Below, piece by piece: positions 12,134 to 20,618 of a stretch of 64,000 nt of DNA. Made by a program: the position numbers and the translations under genes. The DNA comes from Candidatus Uhrbacteria bacterium RIFCSPHIGHO2_01_FULL_63_20 (GTDB lineage Bacteria > Patescibacteriota > Patescibacteriia > UBA9934 > GWF2-40-263), in contig MGDT01000004.1 in NCBI GenBank assembly GCA_001791045.1, positions 136,767 through 200,766 of the forward strand, in the 5' to 3' direction. Numbering within the stretch: position 1 is the stretch's first letter; each line of letters starts with the position of its first letter. Under the pieces are notes generated by a model. The model saw only the letters and a program-made list of their open reading frames with translations. It did not search any database and had not been told where the DNA came from.

Positions 12134-12487
12134 TTGGCGCGGACTCCTGCTGACATCCCTCTCGTCCATACGCTTTACGCCGCCTACGCGGCGTGGCATG
12201 ACATCTTGTTGAAATTTCCGAAGGCGGAACGGTACTCGCTGGGGGAAACGATTTCGAGACGCTTGCTCGAAACGATAGAACTCATCCTCGGAGCCGCTTC
12301 AACCGCCGATGCTGCGGAAAAGCTGAAACACCTGCGTGAAGCGAGCGCGAAGCTCGATACGCTCAAGCTCCTAGTCCGCCTCGCGAAAGATTGCCGCTGC
12401 CTTCCGAATCAGCACTATCTCGACATGGAATCCCGCTTGCATGAAGCGGGCAAGATGATCGGTGGATGGCTTAAATCCATCGGATAA
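12134..12487 (+). CDS. avd: DGR accessory variability determinant (Avd-like four-helix bundle), antisense to RT
   Basis: FPKAERYSLG...ASAKLDTLKLLVRLA...EAGKMIGGWLK. Confidence 0.9.
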   Translation: MARTPADIPLVHTLYAAYAAWHDILLKFPKAERYSLGETISRRLLETIELILGAASTADAAEKLKHLREASAKLDTLKLLVRLAKDCRCLPNQHYLDMESRLHEAGKMIGGWLKSIG

Positions 12488-12514
12488 GAAAGAGCGCCGA
12501 TTGGCGCTCTTTCT
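12487..12514. terminator. perfect 12-bp hairpin between convergent avd and the TR 3' end
   Basis: AGAAAGAGCGCC-GATT-GGCGCTCTTTCT. Confidence 0.8.
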
Positions 12515-12525
12515 CGTTGGGTACT

Positions 12526-12655
12526 CCCGAGGAACACCGGCACCGCCCAGTTGTCGTTCTCGTTGTCTGCGTGATTCGCATTCAGCTTCACCTGGCGATC
12601 GTCGAGGTTGAAGTTGACGTTCGGCGCGTTCGACCAGGGGTCGTTGTCGGGAACC
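12526..12655 (-). repeat. DGR template repeat (TR), 130 bp
   Basis: Ungapped match to 12977-13106; AAC-rich (reads VPDNDPWSNAPNVNFNLDDRQVKLNANHADNENDNWAVPVFLG). Confidence 0.96.
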
Positions 12656-12902
12656 AATGTTGCGCTGTCGCCTTCTGTTTCACCGGACCCAGACGCATCC
12701 GGATCCTGTATTTTATGCGGGACACAATGGGTACAACCCCCTTGTCCCAAGCAACAGCACGGAGTGCCCTTCATTCGCATCGTGCGCTCCACAACACCTT
12801 GATGTTTGGATTCTGACGATCTGTGCGAAGTCGGACGATCCGGGGACGCACATCCGTAAACGTGCGTTCACGACCCGAATCTATAGATCAATATAACAAA
12901 AA

Positions 12903-12947
12903 GAGCCCGGCGGACCAAGGACTAAGAGTCCAAGATCCACCGAGCTC
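12903..12947 (-). terminator. long G-U-containing hairpin plus T-tract downstream of the DGR target gene
   Basis: Minus strand GAGCTCGGTGGATC-TT-GGACT-CTT-AGTCC-TT-GGTCCGCCGGGCTC followed by TTTTTG. Confidence 0.75.
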
Positions 12948-12970
12948 CAAGGGGCCAAGCGCCCAGTTCC

Positions 12971-13765
12971 TCACTCCCCGAGGAACACCGGCACCGCCCA
13001 GCGGTCGTGCTCGCCGTCCGCGAGAGCCGCAGACAGCCACACCCGGCGATCGCCGAGGCTGAAGCCGACGTCCGGCGCGCGCGACCAGGGGTCGCTGTCG
13101 GGAACCGTACACTGCAGGCCCGGAATCCAGAAGCCAAAGCGCTTCTTGTAGTCCGTGGCCTTGATGCGCTCCGGGTGCTGCGCGGCTACGAACAGCAACG
13201 CGACGCCTGGGGAACGCTTGGGGTCGCGGACGTTCACGGGCTTCTTGCCCACGTTGGCGTCAAGCTTCACGCGGCGCCAGCGTAGGGTGAAGGGTTCGAA
13301 CGCTTCGGCTCCTTCCAGCAAGCGCAGTTTCGCGGGGTCGGTGTTGAGGCCGTCCCAGCGGTAGCTGTCGTGCTGGCCGTCCTTGGTCCATTCCCAGGCG
13401 AACTCGAAGGTTTCCTGGAGGGTGGCGAGGGTCGCGTCGAGCACCACCACGACCTCGGGGTCGTCGGTGAACTCGGGCGGCGTCTCGCTTCCGACGAAGT
13501 GGAACCGGTCGAAGTCGATGCCTTTGTCCTTGCAGCGGGCCTTGAAGGCCTCGAGCTGGACGAGGGCGGCGTTGAACACGCCGTGGACGAGGTCGGTGCG
13601 GAAGGCGGCGTGCTTGCGCATGGCCTTCAGCATGTCATCGAACACCGAGCGGTGCTCGGGTTTGAGACAGAGCTCCGCCTCTTCCGGCGTCATGCCGGAA
13701 CGGCCGAAGCAATCCGCGAACTCCTGCACCTGCGTGAAGCGCATCTGGCTGGTGAGACTGGCCAT
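12971..13765 (-). CDS. DGR target protein (264 aa) with a C-terminal variable region, probably CLec-like fold
   Basis: VR encodes the last ~43 aa; start MASLTSQ follows an AAGGGG RBS and lies downstream of the promoter. Confidence 0.88.
   Translation of the reverse strand: MASLTSQMRFTQVQEFADCFGRSGMTPEEAELCLKPEHRSVFDDMLKAMRKHAAFRTDLVHGVFNAALVQLEAFKARCKDKGIDFDRFHFVGSETPPEFTDDPEVVVVLDATLATLQETFEFAWEWTKDGQHDSYRWDGLNTDPAKLRLLEGAEAFEPFTLRWRRVKLDANVGKKPVNVRDPKRSPGVALLFVAAQHPERIKATDYKKRFGFWIPGLQCTVPDSDPWSRAPDVGFSLGDRRVWLSAALADGEHDRWAVPVFLGE
12977..13106 (-). repeat. DGR variable repeat (VR), 130 bp
   Basis: 22 mismatches to TR, all at TR adenines. Confidence 0.96.
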
Positions 13766-13922
13766 GAGCCGATCCCCTTTCGTTGCCGCGCGGACCAATC
13801 CTTCCCGCCACCATGGCAGGTCAGACCAATCCTTTGTTGAGAGCGGCCATTCGGGCCCTTCGATAAACTCAGGGCGCAAAATACCGTTCTCAACGGTGGC
13901 GATTAAATGTTCGACGCGGAAA

Positions 13923-13951
13923 ATCATACCACTTTTTTGCGGTTTTGTCAA
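13923..13951 (-). promoter_or_regulatory. sigma70 promoter with extended -10 for the DGR target gene
   Basis: TTGACA-17 bp-TATGAT with TG upstream of the -10. Confidence 0.75.
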
Positions 13952-14026
13952 GAGGATATACGTCATTATTCCGCTATAATCAGCCATTTTTGAATAATCG
14001 ACATGTAATGCTACAATGCGTCCGTT

Positions 14027-14287
14027 ATGCCCGTCGCGGTCCTCTTACTCCCCTATCTCCTATTCCTCCTCCTGTACGCGGTGTATGGGGGATTCGTGCT
14101 CTACCACCTCACCCGCTTCGGGATCGCCGGAAAGGGGTTGTACCTGACCGCTGGCGGGTTCGTCATCGGCACCACGATCCTCCTGCTCGTCTCGGCCGTG
14201 GGACTCGGTTCCTTCGATTGGTCCGTCCCGATGTCTGTGGACTTCCTGAACCTGCCGTCGACCAGCGCGTTCCCCTCCGCCCTATGA
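14027..14287 (+). CDS. small membrane protein
   Basis: Two hydrophobic segments; ATGA overlap with the next gene. Confidence 0.7.
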   Translation: MPVAVLLLPYLLFLLLYAVYGGFVLYHLTRFGIAGKGLYLTAGGFVIGTTILLLVSAVGLGSFDWSVPMSVDFLNLPSTSAFPSAL

Positions 14288-14862
14288 TGCGCCTCGACCA
14301 ACTCCCCAACCAGGCGCGCGACGAGAAGATCGTCCTCCTGCTGCGCCGCCACTGGTTCACGGTACTCCCCATCCTGTTCATGTTCCTGGGGCTCTCGGCG
14401 GCCCCGCTCGTGGCCGTGATCCTGTTCCCCGAACGCCTCACGGACCTGCTCGCGCATCCGACCGCGGGCCCCCTCATCGCGCTGTGCGCCTCGGCGTATT
14501 ATCTTGGCGTGTGGCTGTTCACCTGCTTCGAATTCGTGGACTACTACCTCGACGTGTGGATCATCACCAACGAACGGGTGATCAACATCGAGCAGGTCGG
14601 GCTGTTCAACCGCACCGTGAGCGAGCTGCATCTGGCCAACATCCAGGACGTGACGAGCGAGGTGAAAGGGATCGTGAAGACGCTGCTCGACTACGGCGAC
14701 ATGCACGTGCAATCCTCGGCCGAGAAGGTGCGGTTCCACTTCAAGGACATCCCGCGTCCCGACCAGGTGAAGCAACAGGTGCTCGACCTCGTGCATGACG
14801 ACCAGGGCCGCCACGGGACCGGAACCCCTGCTCCGACCCCGATGCAAAAACCGACGGTCTAG
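14284..14862 (+). CDS. membrane protein with bacterial PH (bPH_2) domain
   Basis: Two TM segments, then WIITNERVI...IQDV...DYGDMHVQS. Confidence 0.8.
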   Translation: MMRLDQLPNQARDEKIVLLLRRHWFTVLPILFMFLGLSAAPLVAVILFPERLTDLLAHPTAGPLIALCASAYYLGVWLFTCFEFVDYYLDVWIITNERVINIEQVGLFNRTVSELHLANIQDVTSEVKGIVKTLLDYGDMHVQSSAEKVRFHFKDIPRPDQVKQQVLDLVHDDQGRHGTGTPAPTPMQKPTV

Positions 14863-14877
14863 CCGTCGGTTTTCGAT

Positions 14878-16698
14878 TTACTTCCACCGCTTCAGGATGG
14901 CGATGTTCGTGTAGAAGTAGTGGAGGATCTGCTCCCAGCCCTGCCCGCGGTTGGCCATGCACAGCGCCTCGGTGGCGCTCATGCCGATGCCGTGGCCCCA
15001 CAGATTGTACCCCTTTTCCTTGTCGCACGGGCAGGCCACGCCTTTCACCCACGGGACGTCGCCGCCCCACACCTCGCCCCAGTCATACGTGCGTCCGGCG
15101 GAACGGGAGAAGTACGGGGTGATGGCCGTGCGCCCTTCGTAGGTGACCACCTGCCCGCGCGTTTCCTCGACGCTTCTCACGATACGCGGCGAGTTCGCCT
15201 CCTGGTCGTACCCGCGATACACCTGGTCGTCGGCGTACCCGGTGATGTGGAAGAACTCGGGCCCGCGTTTGGTGCCGCGCTCGAAGTGGTAGGTGGCGTA
15301 CGTGCGCGCCGCGGTCACGAGCGCCTTCTGGTACTCCATGTGGCTCACGTTGCTCGTCTCGCCCAGGCCCTTCAGGTACCACTCCATGGGCAGCTCGTTG
15401 ATGAGCCAGGTGCGGGTCTTCGCGTCATTGTAGCGCAGCTCAAGCACGTTGCGGTACCGGTTGTACGGCCGGTCGGCGCCTCGGTTGCGGCGGTCCCAGT
15501 TCTCCACGGTGCAAACGGCGTTGGGCTCGTTGGGAACGAAGCGCAGGAAGTGCGGCGTTTTCTCGAACCCATTGCCCCGGTCGAACCAGTAGCGGCTCTG
15601 CTTATAGAGCGCGGTCACCGGCTTCCCGGCTGGCAGTTCCGCGAGCAGCGCGCCGTCCCCGCCCATGAGCTTCCACGCGGTCTCGCAGCTCACCTTCACC
15701 TCGTTGTTGGTCTCCCCGTCCACGATCAGGATCCCGACGCGCAGCATGGGCTCCTGCATGGGGAACGTTTCCGGAATTTCCTGCACGATCGGCACATTGA
15801 ACGCCTCGGGAGAGCCGCTCGTGACCTCGACCGGGATGTCCACCCAATAATCCGGCACCGCTTGGTCGTCCACCACGAGCGCGTATTTCACCACGTGCGT
15901 CCCGGCGGCCCGGGGGGCATTGAACGTGAAGGTGAAGTACTCGAGCGCGCCCGGGGCCACGTCCGCGCCCGCGTTGGCCACCAGCACCGAGGTGGAGAGC
16001 CACGAGCCGTTCATGGTCTCGTTGCGCACGCTCGCGGCCGACACCGACGGCACGCGCAATTCGCGGCGCTTCCAGGCAAGCGTCCCCGTGTTCTTGATCC
16101 CGACCGTGTAGGTGACGGCATCCCCGCCCTTGCTCACCAGCACTTTCTTCTGCGACCGGATGAGGGTGAGGGCGGAAAGGCCGGTGGGGCTTGAAGGGCT
16201 TTGGGTCGGGGGAACGACCAGTAGTTCGGCTTTGGGCGTTTGCGCGACCACGATCTTCACGGTAAAGAGCCCGCCCGGGATCCACGCCACGTCCTCGGCC
16301 GCGAGGTTGAACGTTTCCTGATACTCGCCAGTGACCTTGGGCGCCTTCAGCTTGAAGCTGATCGTGCCGGTCTCTCCCGCGCGCGCGGTCTGTTCCCTCA
16401 TGACGGAAGGCTGCGTCGACGATTTCCACGATAGGTCCTGGAACAGGCTCGCGCGGTATTTGGGACCGTAGGTGTACACCGAAACGTACCCAGGACCCAT
16501 GTTCGCCCACGAGGCGGTGCCGATGTTCTTGAAGGTGATGGTGAAGTCCTTGGTCTCCCCGGGCGCGAGCGTGAGCTTGCCCGAGCCGGAGCTCGACACC
16601 TGGAGCGCTTCATACCCCTTGAGCGGGGCCGCCAAGGCCGTGGTCGGAGCCGACACGGCGACGAACGCCCCCAAGAGGACGGCGACGACGATCCGCAT
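14878..16698 (-). CDS. SpoIID/LytB-domain peptidoglycan hydrolase with Ig-like (NBR1-like) domains
   Basis: INELPMEWYLKG, KALVTAARTYA, DQVY, GHGIGMS; two KN.GT..W Ig-like repeats. Confidence 0.85.
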   Translation of the reverse strand: MRIVVAVLLGAFVAVSAPTTALAAPLKGYEALQVSSSGSGKLTLAPGETKDFTITFKNIGTASWANMGPGYVSVYTYGPKYRASLFQDLSWKSSTQPSVMREQTARAGETGTISFKLKAPKVTGEYQETFNLAAEDVAWIPGGLFTVKIVVAQTPKAELLVVPPTQSPSSPTGLSALTLIRSQKKVLVSKGGDAVTYTVGIKNTGTLAWKRRELRVPSVSAASVRNETMNGSWLSTSVLVANAGADVAPGALEYFTFTFNAPRAAGTHVVKYALVVDDQAVPDYWVDIPVEVTSGSPEAFNVPIVQEIPETFPMQEPMLRVGILIVDGETNNEVKVSCETAWKLMGGDGALLAELPAGKPVTALYKQSRYWFDRGNGFEKTPHFLRFVPNEPNAVCTVENWDRRNRGADRPYNRYRNVLELRYNDAKTRTWLINELPMEWYLKGLGETSNVSHMEYQKALVTAARTYATYHFERGTKRGPEFFHITGYADDQVYRGYDQEANSPRIVRSVEETRGQVVTYEGRTAITPYFSRSAGRTYDWGEVWGGDVPWVKGVACPCDKEKGYNLWGHGIGMSATEALCMANRGQGWEQILHYFYTNIAILKRWK

Positions 16699-16794
16699 GG
16701 CATTGCGCGACAAAGCTCCCTCCATAATTCGCCAATATCTTAGCCAAGATTCCTCCTTCCGTCAAAGACGGTTCATGCTACTATACACGGCGCT

Positions 16795-18234
16795 ATGGCA
16801 TTAGGTCGCACGTTGAGCACGAATTTCGCCCTCCAGCTCCTTGGGAAGGGCGCCTCGGCGTTGCTCGGCCTCGTGTTGGTCGCGCTCCTCACCCGCGCGC
16901 TCGGCCCCCTCGGGTACGGCGAATACACCACGGCAATCACCTATCTCCAGTTCTTCGGGGTGATCGTGGATTTCGGGCTCACCCTCACGCTCATGGTGAT
17001 GATCTCCGAGTCAGGCGCCGACGAGGAGAAAGTCGCGGGCAACATCCTCGGGCTCCGCCTCGTCTCCGCCGCGATCCTGTTCGCGCTCGCGCCGGTGATC
17101 GCCATGCCCATTCCCTGGTCGCCCGCCGTGAAGGCCGCGATCGCGGTGGGCGCCGTCGCGTACTTCCTCATGTCCGGCGCGACCGTGCTCGTGGGCGTAT
17201 TCCAGCGTCATGCAGCCATCTGGCGCGCGTCGGTCGCCGAACTCGCGAGCCGCGTGTTGCTCGTCGCCGCCACCGCCGCGCTCGCCTACGCGCACGCGGG
17301 GCTCGTGGCCATGTTCGTGGCGCTGGTCGTCGCGAACGTCATCTGGCTCGCGCTCACGGTGCTCCTTGCGCGGCCGCTCGTGCGACTGCGTCCGCTGTTT
17401 GATTTCGCGGCTTGGAAAACGGTGATCTCCCGCAGCTGGCCCATCGCCATTTCCATCGCGTTCAACCTCATCTACTTGAAGGGGGACGTCATCATCATCT
17501 CCCTGATCCGGACGCAGCAGGAAGTGGGGTTTTACGGGGTCGCGTACCGCTTCTTGGACGTGCTCACCGCGCTCCCCACCATGTTCATGGGACTCATGCT
17601 CCCCTCGCTCGTCGCTGACTGGACCGCCGCGCGGCGCGAGGAGTTTTCGCGCCACATGGCGCGCGCCTTCGACGTGTTCGCGCTCGCCTGCGCCCCGATC
17701 GTGTTCGGCGGGATTGCCATCGCGCCGCAGCTCATCGGCCTCATCGCCGGTCCTGGGTTCGAGGACGCGGTGCCGGCCATGCGGATCCTCATGCTCGCCG
17801 TGCCGGGAATCTTCTTGGGCGCGCTCTATGGCCACGCGGTGGTGGGAGTGGGAAGGCAGCGCCAGATGATATCGGGCTACGCGGTCACGGCGATCCTCAC
17901 GATCGCGGCGTACCTCGCGGTGATCCCGCGCTGGGGGATCGAGGGGGCCGCGTGGGCCACGGTCGCGTCGGAGCTGCTCATCGCCTTCCTCACCTACCGC
18001 ATGGTGCGGCACGCCGGCTCCGCGGCCCCGTCGCTTTCGATCGCGCTACGCTCGCTCCTCGCCGCTGGCGGGATGTACGTCCTGCTCCAACTCATCCCGG
18101 GCATGAGCGCCGTCGCGTCGCTCGTCGTGGGAGCATGCTCGTATATGGCGTTCGCCTATGCGCTGGGAGCGATCCGGAAGGAGGACCTGCGCATGCTCAT
18201 CCCGCACCGTTCGCCGGATTTCACCCGTGAGTAA
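16795..18234 (+). CDS. polysaccharide flippase (Wzx/MOP family)
   Basis: Many TM segments; R.LG...YGEY, DFGL, VGFYGVAYR. Confidence 0.88.
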   Translation: MALGRTLSTNFALQLLGKGASALLGLVLVALLTRALGPLGYGEYTTAITYLQFFGVIVDFGLTLTLMVMISESGADEEKVAGNILGLRLVSAAILFALAPVIAMPIPWSPAVKAAIAVGAVAYFLMSGATVLVGVFQRHAAIWRASVAELASRVLLVAATAALAYAHAGLVAMFVALVVANVIWLALTVLLARPLVRLRPLFDFAAWKTVISRSWPIAISIAFNLIYLKGDVIIISLIRTQQEVGFYGVAYRFLDVLTALPTMFMGLMLPSLVADWTAARREEFSRHMARAFDVFALACAPIVFGGIAIAPQLIGLIAGPGFEDAVPAMRILMLAVPGIFLGALYGHAVVGVGRQRQMISGYAVTAILTIAAYLAVIPRWGIEGAAWATVASELLIAFLTYRMVRHAGSAAPSLSIALRSLLAAGGMYVLLQLIPGMSAVASLVVGACSYMAFAYALGAIRKEDLRMLIPHRSPDFTRE

Positions 18235-18266
18235 AATGCTCCGACCGGAGCAAAACGTTCACGCCT

Positions 18267-19487
18267 GTGTACGCCACCCTTCTCATCGTCGTCTGCGGCC
18301 TGTTCGCCTTCATCGCCTGGCGCGACTTGAAGACCGCCGTCCTCTTGTTTTGCGCCGCGCTGCCCGTCTACCTCATCCGCTTCCACATCGGGCCGATCCC
18401 ATCGACGTTGCTTGAAGCGTTTTTTGGCATCCTGTTCATCATCTGGGTCATACGGACCCACCCATGGCATAAGGAAATCCTCCCGCGCGGGTGGGCGCTG
18501 CCATTCGGCCTGCTCGTCCTCGCCGGGATCGTCAGCTTCTTCGTCTCCCCCGACAGGCTGGCCGCGCTGGGTTTGTTCAAGGCCTACCTCGTCGAGCCCG
18601 TCTTTTTCTTCCTGATCGTCCGCGACCTGTTCCATGCGTCCGAAGATCGGACGAACCTGCTGCGATCCCTCGCGGCCGGAGGTCTTTTCGTCGCGGCGTT
18701 CGGCATCTGGCAATTCGTCACGGGGAGCGGCATTCCTGTCCCGTGGGATCTCGAGCGCCGCGTGACCGGCCCGTTCCCGTATCCGAACGCTCTCGGCCTG
18801 TATCTGGCCCCCTTGGTGGTCATCGCAGCACTCGGTGCTTGGCACGACGTGAAATTCCGCGCGTGGTGGATCGCATTCCTCCTTCTCTCGGGCGTCGCGC
18901 TCATCTTTTCGAAGACCGAAGCGGCCTGGGCATCCGTCCCGGCCGTCGTGTTCCTCCTGTTCGTCCGCGAAAAACGCTTCCGCAAGCAGGCGATCGCCGT
19001 CGCCGCCTGTCTCATCCTCCTCGTCGCGCTCATCCCTGCCGTACGTGGTCCCGTGACAGAAAAACTGCTCCTGCGCGACCTGTCCGGACAGGTGCGCATC
19101 GCCCAGTGGAAGGACACCGCGGCGTTCCTGAAGGACCATCCCATCTTCGGCGCGGGGCTCTCGGGCTATCCGATCGCGATCGAGCCGTATCACACGCATC
19201 CCGAGTTCGAGATCTTCCAGGATCCGCACGACATCGTGCTCAACATCTGGGTGGAGCTTGGTCTCATCGGCCTTCTCGCCGCGTGCCTCATCGGCAGAAA
19301 CGTCTGGCGTTCGGAAAAACCGGATTGGCCCGCGCTCGCCGCCTCGTTCGCCCTGCTCCAGATGGTCATCCACGGCCTGGTGGACGTGCCGTTCCTCAAG
19401 AACGACCTCGCGATGATGGCCTTCGCGCTGCTCGCACTCGTCGCGTCGACAAAAAAGAACACGCGCCCGGGGGATCCGAGCGCGTGA
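18267..19487 (+). CDS. O-antigen ligase/polymerase (Wzy_C) family protein
   Basis: Multi-TM; R.TGPF.YPN, R...W, HPIFGAG, PHDIVLNIWVELG. Confidence 0.85.
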   Translation: MYATLLIVVCGLFAFIAWRDLKTAVLLFCAALPVYLIRFHIGPIPSTLLEAFFGILFIIWVIRTHPWHKEILPRGWALPFGLLVLAGIVSFFVSPDRLAALGLFKAYLVEPVFFFLIVRDLFHASEDRTNLLRSLAAGGLFVAAFGIWQFVTGSGIPVPWDLERRVTGPFPYPNALGLYLAPLVVIAALGAWHDVKFRAWWIAFLLLSGVALIFSKTEAAWASVPAVVFLLFVREKRFRKQAIAVAACLILLVALIPAVRGPVTEKLLLRDLSGQVRIAQWKDTAAFLKDHPIFGAGLSGYPIAIEPYHTHPEFEIFQDPHDIVLNIWVELGLIGLLAACLIGRNVWRSEKPDWPALAASFALLQMVIHGLVDVPFLKNDLAMMAFALLALVASTKKNTRPGDPSA

Positions 19488-19491
19488 GAGG

Positions 19492-20328
19492 TCACGGAAG
19501 GCGCTTGATGACGTTCTCGAGCAAGAGGCGCAGCTTGTCCGCGTCTTCCTTCGCCCGCTCGACGTTCGTCTCATGCTTGTGCTCTTCCACGTCGTTGTTG
19601 GTGATGTAGGAAAGGGCGATGGCACGCACGCCCTTGTCCACATGCTGGGCGAGCACCGAGGCCTCCGGGAACGTGCTCATGCCCACGCACACGGCGTGCT
19701 GTGCCAACACGGCCTTGTCGTAGGGCCCTTCGAAATTCGGACCGCGCACCATGGCGAATCCTCCTTCAACCAACGTCAGGCCCTTCACCTCGCCGCGGCT
19801 CATGCGCACGATTCCCCGCAGATCCTCGTGGTTGACGGCCGTGTCCGCGCTGTTCCATTCCTGCGGGAACAGAGGAGGCGGGGGCGCGTACAGCCGCAGG
19901 AACCCGTTCGCCATCACGACGTCGCCGCAGCAGGCCTTGCGCGCGAGGCCGCCGGCCGCGTTCGTGAGGATGAACGTCTTCACGCCGAGCTCGACGAACA
20001 TTTCCACCTGGATGCGGACCATCTCCTCCACCCGCAAGTCATAGAGCCCTTCGTACTGGTGCACGCGCCCGCGCAGGGCGATGACCTTCTTGCCAGCGAC
20101 GTCGCCGTAGCAGACGAGCCGCTTGTGGCCGTGCAACTCGCCGAGCGATTCGAATCCCGGCAGGTCGCCCATGGGCATGGAGCGTTCTTCGTCGATCTTG
20201 AGCAGGTCGCCCCACCCTGTCCCGAGCACGATCGCGACTTTGGGCAAACGTGATTGCCCGATGCCGAACTGCTTCTCGAGCGCCTTCGTGGCCGGTTCCA
20301 GATACGCCTTCGGATTGAACGAACTCAT
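19492..20328 (-). CDS. purine nucleoside phosphorylase (trimeric type)
   Basis: IVLGTGWG, GRVH.YEG, ILTNAAGG, GPNFE, VGMST.PE. Confidence 0.88.
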   Translation of the reverse strand: MSSFNPKAYLEPATKALEKQFGIGQSRLPKVAIVLGTGWGDLLKIDEERSMPMGDLPGFESLGELHGHKRLVCYGDVAGKKVIALRGRVHQYEGLYDLRVEEMVRIQVEMFVELGVKTFILTNAAGGLARKACCGDVVMANGFLRLYAPPPPLFPQEWNSADTAVNHEDLRGIVRMSRGEVKGLTLVEGGFAMVRGPNFEGPYDKAVLAQHAVCVGMSTFPEASVLAQHVDKGVRAIALSYITNNDVEEHKHETNVERAKEDADKLRLLLENVIKRLP

Positions 20329-20459
20329 CGCTTCCTCCTGGGTCAAAAGGACCGACCGCATCCTACGTCTCGGAGCCCGGAAGTCAACATGCCATGACCG
20401 GATCATGGCGAATTCCCCCGCCGGACGACAAAATACCCCGACGATGTCGGGGTATTTCG

Positions 20460-20549
<90 letters not shown>

Positions 20550-20618
20550 GTGGCCGTTTTGCGCGCGAAACGTATCACGGTGGAACCTCATCGTCAATCC
20601 GTTTATACTCCCTCCGTT

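Larger units (their letters stand above)
11130..13951. mobile_element. diversity-generating retroelement (RT, avd, TR, target gene with VR)
   Basis: RT, Avd and a TR/VR pair with adenine-only mismatches. Confidence 0.96.

Noticed and set aside
12415..12792. 125-aa minus-strand ORF through TR
   Set aside because: It is open because TR mirrors the VR frame. TR is expected to act as RNA, and the ORF runs antisense into avd.
13766..13987. 74-aa N-terminal extension of the DGR target in the ORF track
   Set aside because: It spans the gene's own promoter (13923-13951). The RBS supports ATG 13765.
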